From Tubiluchus corallicola (Eukaryota; Animalia; Priapulida): a stretch of 64,000 nucleotides of DNA. The notes below the pieces were generated by a model. The model worked only from the letters and a program-made list of their open reading frames with translations. It made no database searches and was not told the origin of the DNA. Position numbers and translations under genes: made by a program. Below are positions 1 to 13,100 of the stretch, piece by piece. The stretch covers positions 92,611 to 156,610 of the forward strand of contig JAQGDQ010000519.1 of the NCBI GenBank assembly GCA_030141605.1, written 5' to 3'. Numbering within the stretch: position 1 is the first letter of the stretch; the number at the start of each line of letters is the position of its first letter.

Positions 1-872
1 CTCCCTATTTTAATGTAATGGTATTTGCGAAGCCAAGTTTGCATAGTTACCAATATATACTGACTGGATTCTACTTCTAGTTACTCTCTGTCTCACTCTC
101 AATGCAGTGCAGAAGTCGTGCTACACAACTGTCTAACTCACACTCTCAGTGCAGTGCAGCAGTCGTGATACTCATGTTACTTACTGTCTAACTCTCAGTG
201 ATCAGTGCAGGACACTGTTGTCCTCAGTATTCAGTGTAGCAGTCATTCTACATATGTGTATGTAGTCTAATAAACGCTTTTCAGTTTTGTGCAGATATGT
301 AGTATAGTTGTTTATTCATTTTCGACAAAGTGTTCAACTACAACCTCATACATGACTTTCACATACAGAGTTCCTCAACCAGCGATGTTAAAGAAGCCAG
401 CAAACACACCTTCCCAGTTGATGCAATTATTAAAACATACCTCAAGCAAGATGCTTCTTATTAGATAAAAGTAAATGTGTTGTTAGTTATGTAACATGTG
501 ACCAGAAGTCAGAAATATCGCTTGATGTCGCAGAATCACAAACCACGAATACAAACGCGTGCAGGACATTTCCTCTTTTTGACACGCAAATGCTTCTTTG
601 TTCATTTGTCATGGCGTGGGGCAATTTTGACTTATTTAGAGAAAAAGACATTTTAGAACAAGTTTATCCATCTCATACAACAGTGCTCTAACCGTGTACG
701 ACTTTGCAATCGCAACACACTAACCACCCTTGAAGCAAACATGGTGTTCAGTTGAATTTTGAACACGTTAATTATACTGGTGCAATAATTATTAGCTTCT
801 TCAATACAGACGTTATTGCAAAAAACGAACCAGAAATCATTTTCTGCAAACAGAATGAGCTTATTTCATTAC

Positions 873-1149
873 CTGTATGTATTCGTTCGTGTCGGAGTAA
901 CTGACTCGGCTTCTTAAACGCCTTTCCGCACGTCTTGCACTTCTGCGGAAAGTGGGAACGATCCAGATATTTACGATACAACTTCTGCGTGAGCATCGGC
1001 GTCTTTCTCAAGGCAGGCTTATGAGCTGATCGCTGGTGAGCTTTGAGATCTAGGATTCGTCGAAAATGTTCTCCACACTTGCCACACTGAATCAACCAGT
1101 GGTCAGAGGCCTCTAGCTGATGCTCACCCATGTGCCTCTTCAGCTCACT
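873..1149 (-). CDS. ZNF236: ZNF236-like coding exon 6 (end of finger 4, fingers 5-6)
   Basis: Acceptor ttgcag|AGT at 1149, donor ACAG|gtaat at 873. Encodes CGKCGEHF...H....H and CKTCGKAFKKPSQLLRHERIHTG. Confidence 0.9.
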
Positions 1150-4100
1150 CTGCAACAAAGAAGAGAAATATTCAACTAAGACAACTTATTTCATAAACTG
1201 GAAGGGTTTGGCATTCATTGTCCCAATAAATACGAAAACAAAGATTGTAAATGAATTCACGGATGATTCTAAAGATTTTTATTCAAAAAAAAACGTTAAA
1301 AAAACACAAATATTTCCGGGCCCCTTCCTTAGGGTAAAAATTAGCAATATGCATACTCTCTTTAAAATGTGAAATTCTTCAAATACTCCATGTGTAAAAG
1401 CTAAGTTAAACCACTCAATTATGCCAAACGTACTTATAATGATCACCACAATGTACTACAGCAGCGGTGTGCAAATTATTCGACTAGCCAGGCCACATTA
1501 AACTTTCCCGCAATTCCTGCGGACCACAGGCAGTTTGATCAAGGAGCCAAGTACAGAAAGGCCTAATAATGATTTTCTTTGCATCCGACCTGCGTACATT
1601 ATTACTACTACACTCAAGAAACTATTTTAGAAGTTATTAAAATTTATATTACAAACCATATATTTCTACTTTCAGGACAACTAGTGGTAATTACAATGCT
1701 TATTAGTAATGTGTATCACACAGTCTGTGTAGTAGAGTGACATTAAGCTACAACCGTCTTGTGAGGGTTAATGGCATCCGATCTAGTAGGAAAAACTACC
1801 CGCACTATCTTTGGGATCGTGGCATGGACTTCAGCTGGATACACTCAATTAATCGTCCGGGCCGCACTTTCATTAGGTTGACAAATCTCTCCGCGGGCCG
1901 CACAAATTCTCTCAACGGGCCGCAAGTGGCCCGCGGGCCGCAATTTGCACACCCCTGTACTACAGCATTAACGATTCTAAGGTTAATTTTTTGCTAACGT
2001 AAAAAACTGGCAATGTGAAGATATGTTCACCTCCAATAAGAACTCATCACCACACTCTCCACAGATCAGCGTTTCGTCCTGCTCATGCATCATAATATGA
2101 GCTTTATAACTGGCCATCCTGTTAAACAATTTCTTGCACTCGGGACAGGTAGGTCTTCCCTCTGTGTGCGTCACCTCGTGTAGTCTGAGGTTCACCTCGA
2201 AGTTAAACGAAGCCGGACAGCGCGAGCATCGATGTGGCTTATCTGCTAGATGTTCTTTTTTGTGTCTCTGAAGTTGTTGCCATTTCGGAAACATCCGGTC
2301 GCACTGCGGACATTTGAACGGTCCCTGAAATAACATAAATGCACACCATTAATTTTTCACAGTTACATCTGCACAATCGTGCAATCAAGCTTTAGTTCAG
2401 CAAGTGAAAGTCAACTATATCACTCTAGCAGACTTAGCTTTTTTTGTTAATTTTGCTTACAAATTCGTGCACGAGGCGCCATCTGTGGCGGGAATGTAAA
2501 GCTTTAGGTTTTGGCCATTTTTGCAGTTTGTTATCTGCTAGTCACCTGTCTGTTTTACCCACATGTGCTCTGAAAAGTCAGGTTAATGATGTAGTCACAG
2601 AAACTGGCTGTCAACAGAGGTTAATACCACTGAATGCTTTATTGTAACATAATCAGTACATAAATGTCTCACACATCCCATAAAGTGGATTTAACCTGAC
2701 TGTTCAGAGCACAGGTGAGTAAAACAGACAGGTGACTAGCAGATAACAAACAGAAAAACTGGCCAAAACCAAAAGCTTTACACCCAGCAAAAGAGCTTTG
2801 ACAAATTTCTGACAAAGTGTGAAAACCCAACAGCAGTTGAGAAATGGGAGCCTAGGAGGCATAACTTTCTTTTTTTTACAAAACATATTTATTTTTCAAA
2901 TGAAAATAATCTTTGGCAAACAGCAGTTAAGTTGATAATGATGATGCTTGTCCTTCGAATCGAAGATGACCATAGTGACAGGGATAAAGGGTCAGTTTGG
3001 GGGGTTGTCATTTTTGGGTGGGGTGTGTTGGGTTTGGTGGGTTTTGGTGTGGGGTGGGTGGGTGTTTTGTTGTTGTGGGTGTTTTGTTAGATATTTACAG
3101 CATCATCGAAACGAAGCCCAGGTTAAACTAATACAACAACAACAACAACAACAACAAAAAATGAGGGGGAAAATGAAAGGAACATGTAAGACAGCCTGAA
3201 GCAAAAGGTAAGAGGAAGAAGTGTTATTGCGGACGGTCAGTGAAAGATCATGTATTAACACTAATAAAATTTTGAACTAAGTTAAATACGGGAACATTTT
3301 GATCATAATTAAATAATGTAATTGCCACACAACATGGTAGACATTTTATGCCGCAGATTCATGGAACTGATGTTGACTGGAAGGACATTAGAAGCATAAA
3401 AGTGGCACTGCAAATGCTCTCTGCTCGCTACATATAAGCCATTAAGGAAAGGCTGAGTAACCTTCTTTAATATATTTTAGACAAGCTTTTATCACGTTGT
3501 TGTTGTTGTTGGCATCTTTCTGTCTCGGAAAACAATGGACTGTGCGCCAAGAGAGTCAGTTATTGATCACATTGATGGAGCAGCAGCGTCGACTGTGGCT
3601 GAGCAGTCTGATCCTTAAACCACTGGAGTGGCCTCTCCAGGGCGCACGCCTGGGCAAGGTTTATGGAGATCCTGAGTTGCCCAGACAACAGGAACCCCCT
3701 CTCTTCCTCCCTAGTGTAGTCCAAAGGAAAGCGGAGCGACACGTTTGGCACCAGGTTGGCTGCAGGAGCTGCCGGAGTCAGTGAGCATGCTGCACTGGTC
3801 CACCTTCTGGGCTCCACTCCTGATTTGGAAGGTTTACTCCTCTACACATGGCCGTTGGGTCACTTGACATACTTGGCTGCTTGTGCAGCTCCTCCGCCTA
3901 GTGTCGAGATACAGTGTGGGCATCCCGCAAGCCTACAGCACCAGGTATTCCTAGGCAGTCACCCATCCAAGTACTAACCAGGGTCTACGTTGCTTAACTT
4001 CGGTGATCAGACGAGAACCGGTGTTTTCAACATGATTTGGCCGTAGACTCTGACAATGATATTGTGTTGATTTCAAGATCTAGAGTTATGTTGGTGGATT

Positions 4101-7100
4101 ACACATTACTGAGCTTACGTTGAGTGGATAGGGAAGAAACTTATATCAATGATGAAACGATCAGCTGACGTAAATCTTATCAGTGACTTAGACTATTATT
4201 AGTTTATTAGAAAGGGTTTTTGAATGTAGGTTTTTTGCAGATAAACCCTTAGAAATGTTTTCATTAGGGCACTAGGAAAACCTTTAAAAAACTTTTCATT
4301 TCAATAGTATACTCTTCTTTTACAGATTTTAGATTTAGATTTAATATCTTATTTCAAACTTCACAAAGTTCATATACACAACACAAATTAATACAAATAA
4401 TACAATAAATCATGACACACAACAATAACACAACTTTTAACAGAGGATAGTACAGCCCTTTATCAGTGTCCGACGTAAAACTTACAGAAAACAGTACACA
4501 AAAACAAAGTTGTTTGGGACACAGCATAAAAATATTGGATCTATTTCAGGGTCACTAGGACCTGAACTGCCAATTAACTATTTTTATTTTAAATAGGTCA
4601 AGTGGCTTAACTGCAGACTGTTTTTTCAAGTTGTGAAAAATGGCGTTTTGTTTAATATCTTTACCTGGAAAACAAGTTTTTCAGTGAATATATTCAAGTT
4701 GTGAAATTCACCCAAATATGTAGATTAGATAAACAGAGAATTGCAAACTATTTTTAGACTAGATTTAAATTTATTTATTTTAACAGGATAGTTACATCTG
4801 TAATATGAATTAAAAATGCTGGTTAGTAACGAATTAATTATCTACCAGCATAAAACTAGTCTAATACGAGAGCAAAATAAACAAATTTGATTAAAATTGT
4901 AAATGAATTTCGCTAGAAATAGCTGCAATATATTATAAAATACAGACCTAATTGTATAGATTAACCCCTATAGGGTCACCGGGGGTAAAAAATTACCCCC
5001 AGTCCGGTTTTTTGCATTTTACCCTTTTACCATACGCATTACCAGTAAACCTTTCCTATGACTTTTTCTAAATATGTTTTGTGCACAAAATACTTTCAGT
5101 TATTTATTTTAGGCGCATTGTCTCACCACGAAATAAAAGTGAAAATGCAATATGCCGATATTATAAAATTGTCGAAACTTTACTTCGCTTGTCTATACAT
5201 TATACGGACGACATTTCTGGTAAAACAAAATGTCAGACGTCTGTATGCTGACGTAGAGCTAGCCTACTCACAACTGAAAAAACAATCGGATCAGAAACTC
5301 AGTCACTCAACATCTTCAGATGTGGCAAACGGGCAAGCAATGTCGCTTGTCTACAGTTATTCCAGCATAGATAAGGGAACGTAACTAAGTGAACTTAAAT
5401 TTCGTATTACTAGTAAGTCACATGTCTTTAAGCAGAGGTATAATGTATCCTATGGTGGTCAGCATAACCACAAATTATGCTGTTGCTGTTTACTAATGAA
5501 ACGCGGCGGTTTATCAAAAGTAATTTACGAATTATGGTAGGGGTAATTTTTTACTTCTATTATAGTTTGTGGTTTTATTATAGCAAAAGTGGTTTGATCT
5601 GATATCTGGCTGTTGGCCTGGCATGTTGCCAAGTAGATATATACTGTAGAACCGTATAGCAGAAGCTGACACTTAAATTTTCAGATTTCTAACAATGGAT
5701 ATCGTATTACAAATAATGTCTGCTTTTATATTGTCAGATCCGGGTAGAATTATTAAATTTCTTATATGTAGTAGCAGTGGTAAAATCTTTATTTGCTATT
5801 TTAAAAACATTGACCATCATAATAAAAGACAGACAATCAGTGTTAGTTCATATAAAAACATACACTGTTCTGGGCAAATGCGTCTGGTGCAAGCTAAACT
5901 ATAAGTGCAACTAGAAATTCAAAAATAAAATATAAACTAGTTTAGTAAGGTCTAGGAAAAATGAAATTATGATTTGAGTGAGTATCATCATGTTCGTATG
6001 TCAGATATTCAAAACGAGTCATTAAATGTTTTTTTAATTTAGACTTTAAATATTTTGGTGACTACTGGAAAGCCTCTGTTACTGCAAATCAAAAAAAACA
6101 AAAAGGCTATTTTAAATTTCTTTTAACGGCAAAAATAGATATAAATATACGCGAAACGCTATTGAAGTACACGTTGGCAAGTTGCCAAGTTGCTGTTGCC
6201 CAACAGCACGCCCTTCCTGAGTGTCACGCGTTTCTAGAATTGTTCTATACGTAGGTAGCAACTCTCTAGGCGCACACGCTTTATCTCAATCTATGCATAC
6301 ACTACACAGGTGCGTGCAAATATGTCACGACGTTTGCTTTACCTTGCTAGTTATAAATTATTGATAACAGCATCTTGCAGTGAACTTTGTCATTATTTAT
6401 GCATGACTTTGTGTTAGTTCAATACGTCTGCCATAAATAGTGACGAGTCTAGTCAAGTCATGAGTCGCAAGAATTTGTGCAAGCAGCTATAACCAACATT
6501 AAATCACTCTTCTTTGGGCAGCGTGTAGTTCAACCATGGAATCGTCTTTCATCGTAATTCATCAGTACTTCATCAGTTGACAGTTTGAAAAGGCACACGA
6601 GAGAGGACGGTTTTTAGATATCTTTGGATAAGGTAATAGGCTGGTACATGTATCCTGATTTATCTTTCATAGCCAACAAACACAGGCCTTATAGAGTGAC
6701 GAAACGTAAACAGACGCATGACTAATTCAATTCTGTGTGGAGAGCTACACTGCCTGCTTTAAGTATGTTTGTCAGTATTTAGCTGTTCAAAACTGTGGCG
6801 TGGTACAAGTAATGGAAACGAATACGACAAGTGGTGCTGAAACGGAAGGCGATCGCTATACTACGTTTATTCAGCGCTGCATAAGTTCATTAGAACATGC
6901 GTGTGAGTGTCAGGATTCCAACTGTCCAGTAACGAACTGCATAAAAGTGAAAATAGTCGTGATACACGCACGAATTTGTCAACAGGATAGGGAAAAGTGT
7001 GCTGCATGCAGCCATCTGATGACATTGTGTTCTTATCATGCTAAACAGTGTCAGTTGATGCAATGCTCTGTGCCATTCTGTCACAACTATCGGCAGAGTT

Positions 7101-10100
7101 TTGGAGACCACAAAGAAGCAAGTTTCACTGTCGAGTCCAGCAGCAAAATGGCACAGGGTATTCCCGACAGGGAAAGAGGTACCAATTTTATGAATCTTAA
7201 GCTCGCAAATTTATAAAATAAATAGCTATATTGAGTTGATTTAAAAAGTGTTAAAAATTAATCATAACAGTTCAACTCCTCTTGCGGGAGTCATCAACGT
7301 GGTGATTATTGGTTTTATTTTCTTTGTGTTAACTTAAGAGGTGCCAGTATGTCTCCTGAATCTTAAAAGAGGTGCCAATATGTCTCCTGAATCTTATATT
7401 CATTGTCATTTTTAAGCATGATGTATGCCTTCTTAAGCCTTGTTAAAATAATCAAATATGACAGTGTATTGAATGCATTAAAATGCAGTATGCAATAGTT
7501 GTGGTTAAGGTAACAAAGGTGTCAAAAAAGCGTCAACAAAATAATTATTCTGTTCGCTTACAGGTGTCCATAATCGTGATCTTCCAAAGAAGAGTAAATC
7601 ACAACATTAGCTGTTTTTAATAACAAAAATGTAGTTTGAAAATTAGCTTTCGTAACCTGGTTGTCGTCATTGTTGCCGTCAATGATACTTTAGTCTCTGT
7701 TAGGTAAAAAGGCCAAGGGTACGACTTCATGTGTACGTAATGCATGATCCGTAATGCGTATACAGTAGTTTGTATTTAAACATGTAGGAGTGTTTCCATG
7801 TGTACGTAATGCGTAATCCGTAAAGCGTGTTCCATATTCATTTGAGCGTGACTGCTATCATCATCAACAATACGCAGACGGGAAATTGCCGTTGCCTAGG
7901 TGATCATAGCGAGTTTTCAAGTTTCTGGCAACCATTTTCCCTGTTTAGCTTTCCGAAAATTCTAGTTAGGAGAATTCTAGTCAGTTCAGGACCAATAAAA
8001 ATAAATCTTTTTTCTATTCGAGTTTTTAACAGTTGGAAGATGCATGTAGTTTTGTGTTGTGCAGTTGTTTCACCAAATGATGATATCTGCCATATTGTTC
8101 TCTCCCCTGTAAAATGTTGTGCACCCAAAACCTGTGCTTTCTTTTTCGTCTAATAGTACAATAATAAGCTAATGTCGCAGCTGTAATTATCAAGCTTAAA
8201 TTTCGACAGAGACATTTTGGTTTCCAAAAATTATTGCTTGCAGTTTTCATGAACGGTGATCAAAAATGCCGGAAAGAGCGCCATGGGTTCCGTTAGTACG
8301 CGTTTGTCTACGGACACATGGAACCAGTCAATACGCAACACAGATCAAGTATTATGCACACATGGAGTCCTAACTTAACTCAACTACATGCAAATTATCT
8401 CAAATGGTCTTTAGAAGATGGCCTGCAAATCAAATCAATGATTTTTGTTATCATACAAAGAACCACGGGTAAAACATTTTGTACATGAAACCGCTCAGTG
8501 CTGAATAAATGAATTTTGATTGTAAGTAAAGCAAAATAGTTTCCATAATTCATATATATTTTATATATATAGTAATATATATCGTAATCATATATATAGC
8601 AATTTTATAGCTATGAATATCGATTTTTTATGGCAAATAAAGATTATTATATATATATATATATATATATTAATTTATCGTGCAAGTAAGAAATCCCATG
8701 CCAGTGTAAAAGACATATTGCTTGTGTGAAAGTAATTTTACTCAGTTTTATTTCAGTTCACCATAGCAAACTTTGGCAACCGTATCAGTAACAACACACA
8801 ATAGGCTCAGGTGACATTAATGCTGCAACATTACCACCATTAACACTACTGCTGCAACATGCAATGATAAACAAGTGAGCTTCTTCGGCCAGACACTGAA
8901 AGACAAAGAGTTAAAAGAACTTACCTTCTTAAGCGGAGGCTGAATTTCATCATCGTCATCTTCGTCATCGACATCTCTCCTCTGTATAGTAACATTCAGC
9001 GTTTTTGGTGGTCCTTGCTGTTTGGCCAGGCCGTCAGTCTGTGATAAATGCAAAATAATTATATCTACAAAATAGTAGAAATTTTATCGATGTTTAAAGC
9101 AATATGGAAAAATGTTAATTGAAATATTTTCATATTGCTAAGTAGCTAAGAAATTTTATAATTAACAATATGTCGTAGAAATTAATGATTTAAAAATATG
9201 TTTATATGTTCATATAATAACTCTCATGCTTTTACAAGTAAGCCATGCAAAAATGTAATGATCATGTACTAACCAGTATTATAAACTGGTTTATAACTTC
9301 GACGATCAAAAAGATCAGTGCAAAGTATAAAATCAGTCTCATTATAAAAATTTTTGCCTATAACACTAGTCAGCATTGTTTTCTAAATAAATGATACATT
9401 TATTGCAACAGCATGTGAGGATCTTTTCTGTGCAGTGAGTGTTAAACTGCCGTAAAAGTCACATCTTCGCCCAATTTAGACAACAGTACAAATAAAAACA
9501 AAAATTTAACGCAGAGAAAAACACATTCTCACCTTTTGCTGATAACAGTTTATGGCGTACTCGTTTTGAATGAATCTGATGAAGAGGTGCAAAGATGTAG
9601 TAAATTAATATGGAATAATAAACCTTTAACCCTTTCACTACGGGAGGTGACACACTGCCACCTATCTTTTTCATGCAAGGGATGGAAGGCGGTACACTGC
9701 CGCCCAAGCTCAGCACTAAGCTCAGTCGCCCAGGTCTGTTTTTTTCACCACTACAACCATGCATAACATTATAGAAAATGTTAACAGCCGTGGGATTGGG
9801 GTTGCTTCGCAACAAGTAACGCTAACCAGCCAATCAGCATCTGAAGTCAGGTGCATTCCACAATATACTGTATGGTATGTTCTCACACAAAATCACTTGT
9901 AGATCGTTGATGAAACGTATGTTTAGTTGATTGTTCTGCATTCTTATAAAATGATTACATATTATGGATTAGTATCATCTTTTGTAAAAACTGGTTTATA
10001 AATCAAAGTACATGCTTATTTACGACGGTGTCAATGTGTGCGTGAGTGTGTGTATGTATGCTCGTGTGTGTGCATGTGCAGAAATAAAACTGATACTTAA

Positions 10101-13100
10101 TATTAGTACTCAATAACGAACAACTATTTGTTTATTTACAAGATTCTGTTTTAGTAACACGCCACAAGAAGCTATTGTCAAATGTGCAAAAGTCAATGTG
10201 GTCCAGTAGTGAAAGGGTTAACATATATTAGATTTTTGCACATCTAGTTTGTTTACAAATTAAAATTGATGTGTTGCTCAGCAACTTCTTATCTGATAGT
10301 CACCATAAGAAACTAGAGTCCTTGGACACCAGCGCTGAGATGGTTTTAATATAAAAATTCTATAATATTCGCTATGGTAGCAAATGGTTATTTAAAGTGT
10401 TACCAATCCAATAGTCATATGCTTGCAAAATTAATAGTTTTAAATGCTAAATTTCAAAATAACATTAATAAAAAAACATATTTTTACTGCAGAAAAGTGA
10501 TAGGTGCTAAATAACTTGTTTAAATAGCTGACAATAATATATCATAAAGAGTCAGTACTAATATGATTTATATGGCCTGAGATAATACAGGCACTGTGAT
10601 TTATAATGCCATACTGTACTAACATGACACATGCGATGTGAAATAACATGTGGGATTATGATTTACGCGGTGAGCAACAAATAAACATTCTAAATGTCGT
10701 CTCATGATCTTTCATGCGCTAGCCCGAAAGTTTATAAAAGTTGGTTCTTCTTTTCTGAATATGATAAAAGTAAAACAAAAATAAACTATAGAGTACAGAG
10801 CCAAATATGAGTGGAAGCTGTGCTTGTTTACAACCAGATGTGAGAAGAATATCTGACTTGTCACAACTGAGCTAAGCAAACGAAGTCATGCAACACAAAG
10901 CCTGGTCAGTAAGTGGTTGGTGACTGCCAATCAAATGCTTTCTTGGCAGTTTTATCCACAATACCACCCCTGGCTAGTTACTTTTTGAGGAAAGACATAT
11001 TATTATACACAAACAAAACTGACTAACACGCTGCTACAAATTTGCCTTTAATGTAAATTTTTTCTGGCGTAATGTGCCACCACCTGAGCTTGATGGTTTT
11101 CAGTCCTGGCTTAAATGCCTGGAAAGATGTGACAGCTATAAGCACCGACCCCAAATGTTTATTTTGCATTTGTCAATAGAAACATGGTTAAGAAACGCAA
11201 ATCAGAACATGACATAATGTTCAGTTCGAAGTTATTTAAAAAAAGAATAAATTGCTTTAACTGTATTATGCTCAATGTGTAACCTTACATGTCGTAAATT
11301 TTATATCAAGGAGCAAATTTACCATTTTTTCTATTTAGCTAAAAAATCTGCCTGTCGCCATTTTTTCAGTGTGGAGCGAATCCTATAATGTTATTCAGCG
11401 ATTTGACATTACGTAGCATATATATATTTTTCCTGAATCACTTATTTACGCTTTTTTGCCTAACCCGTACTTTAACAGTAAATGACTCATTCATGTCAAA
11501 TGCATAAAAACTCCAGCTGATTATTATTATATAATATATATAATTATTTTGTTATACATTTTGCTGTTAACCAACCAGTTTGCTGCTGGCAGAAGCTGTT
11601 TCAAAGCCAAGTTTTTAATCTGACCAGCATTCATTTCTCAAAAACATATATAGCCCAAGTAAGTATAATGAACTGGTACCGTATTTTCCCGTGTATAAGA
11701 GACCCTTGTGTATAAGAGACCCCTTCAATTTTTAGGCAAAAATTCTGGAAAAAAGTTTTTTCAGACGGACATTTTTAGAGGGTAGAGTACAACTTTTTTC
11801 AACTCAGTGCGGTACTGAAAACAAAATAAAACCAGTTAATGTGTTGTAGAAAAAGAGTACTGTTATATATTAAAGTGCGTACCTGCAAACCTGTAACAGG
11901 AAAAGAGAAAACGAGGAGATAATGCCTGTGTCACGATGCTTGTATTGCTTACAACCGCTTCATAGTCGAACGCGACACGCAAAACAGTTGTAGAGCACTT
12001 ATTTCTTTAAAATCATTAGTGTCACAATTTATGCATCTTATTGAAAAGACTTACTCCCATGTATAAGAGACCCCCTATTTTTAAAGTGAAAATTCTGAGC
12101 AAAAAAGGGTCTCTTATACACGGGAAAATACGGTAATTTTAAATCAATTCAAATTTATTTATTCCTGACATAAAAAACAAACACATCAGTTATACAAGCA
12201 AAGCATAAACCTGATTGGGAAGGGGTGGCGAAAAACGTGACATTACCGAATCAGCAACCCCACAGTAATTTCACACTTAACATAACACAATACAGTCTAT
12301 TGGATGCTTTTCATATATATTATAAAAATACAATATATTATATATATTTCTGAGTTGAAGCAAATTGGTAATAATACCAAACGACACTGTTTTTAAGAAG
12401 TCAGTACACCCATACTGCGTAGCTGATAAGTAATTATATCAATAACATATGAATACGACCTCGATGTCGAACTTTTTGTAAAATGTATTAAATTTTAAGT
12501 GCATATATTTTCTCAAACGTAACTGTATCTCCTCTATTTTCATTTTTTTACTTTTTTAAAGTAATTCATTCAGTGCATGAGTAAGCAGAACGTTTCAAAT
12601 TCAGCATGTGTCAGCGAAAATGTGATTAAAACTAATACATGAATGAAAACTTGTTGTGTTTTGGCTGTAAATTTATTCTTAGACAACCTTTGTTAATTTA
12701 AACTGCACTGTAAACATTACAATTTTGTGTAAGCATAGCCTCGCTAATTGCGTACATAGACTTGGTAAAGATAGAAGGTTTGGTTAACACGGAGATGTAG
12801 CAAACATGGCAAGCTTAGTTTACCTGCCACCCAGGAGTAGTGAACAGATGCCTTCTCCCTGTCCTCGGGCAGTTTTCCGGAATTTCAGGGAAGACCGACG
12901 TTAAATTTGCGCTCTGGATATATCGCAAAACTTACTCACCTGATCAACGGGATCATCTGTCGGTTGCAGCACTTGAATTCGCATGTTTGACAAGTCGGAG
13001 AGACTTATAGGAATCGTTGTGCCATCAGAGTTCTGAAGCAAAAACTTTGGTTGTTGATCGTCAATCCTTAAATGGCCGCCGTCCATACTATCTATAGGTT

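Noticed and set aside
1737-1997. Duplicated 86-aa ORF (also at 39387-39647)
   Set aside because: Lies inside a hAT MITE with TIRs and TSD; non-ATG start and no domain.
3497-3977. ORFs 3497-3784, 3560-3817 and 3756-3977
   Set aside because: Chance ORFs in the GC-rich SINE body.
3929-4048. Functional 5S rRNA gene
   Set aside because: Single copy, no oligo-T terminator, several substitutions, and fused to a retroposon body and tail.
5058-5384. 108-aa ORF
   Set aside because: Within a piggyBac-like remnant; no recognisable motif or splice context.
6737-7216. TAZ2 ORF as an exon of a full CBP/p300 gene, or as a proven retrocopy
   Set aside because: No other CBP domains occur in the window and the ORF has its own ATG and stop. 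Lack of introns is not diagnostic because TAZ2 lies within a single exon in vertebrate CBP.
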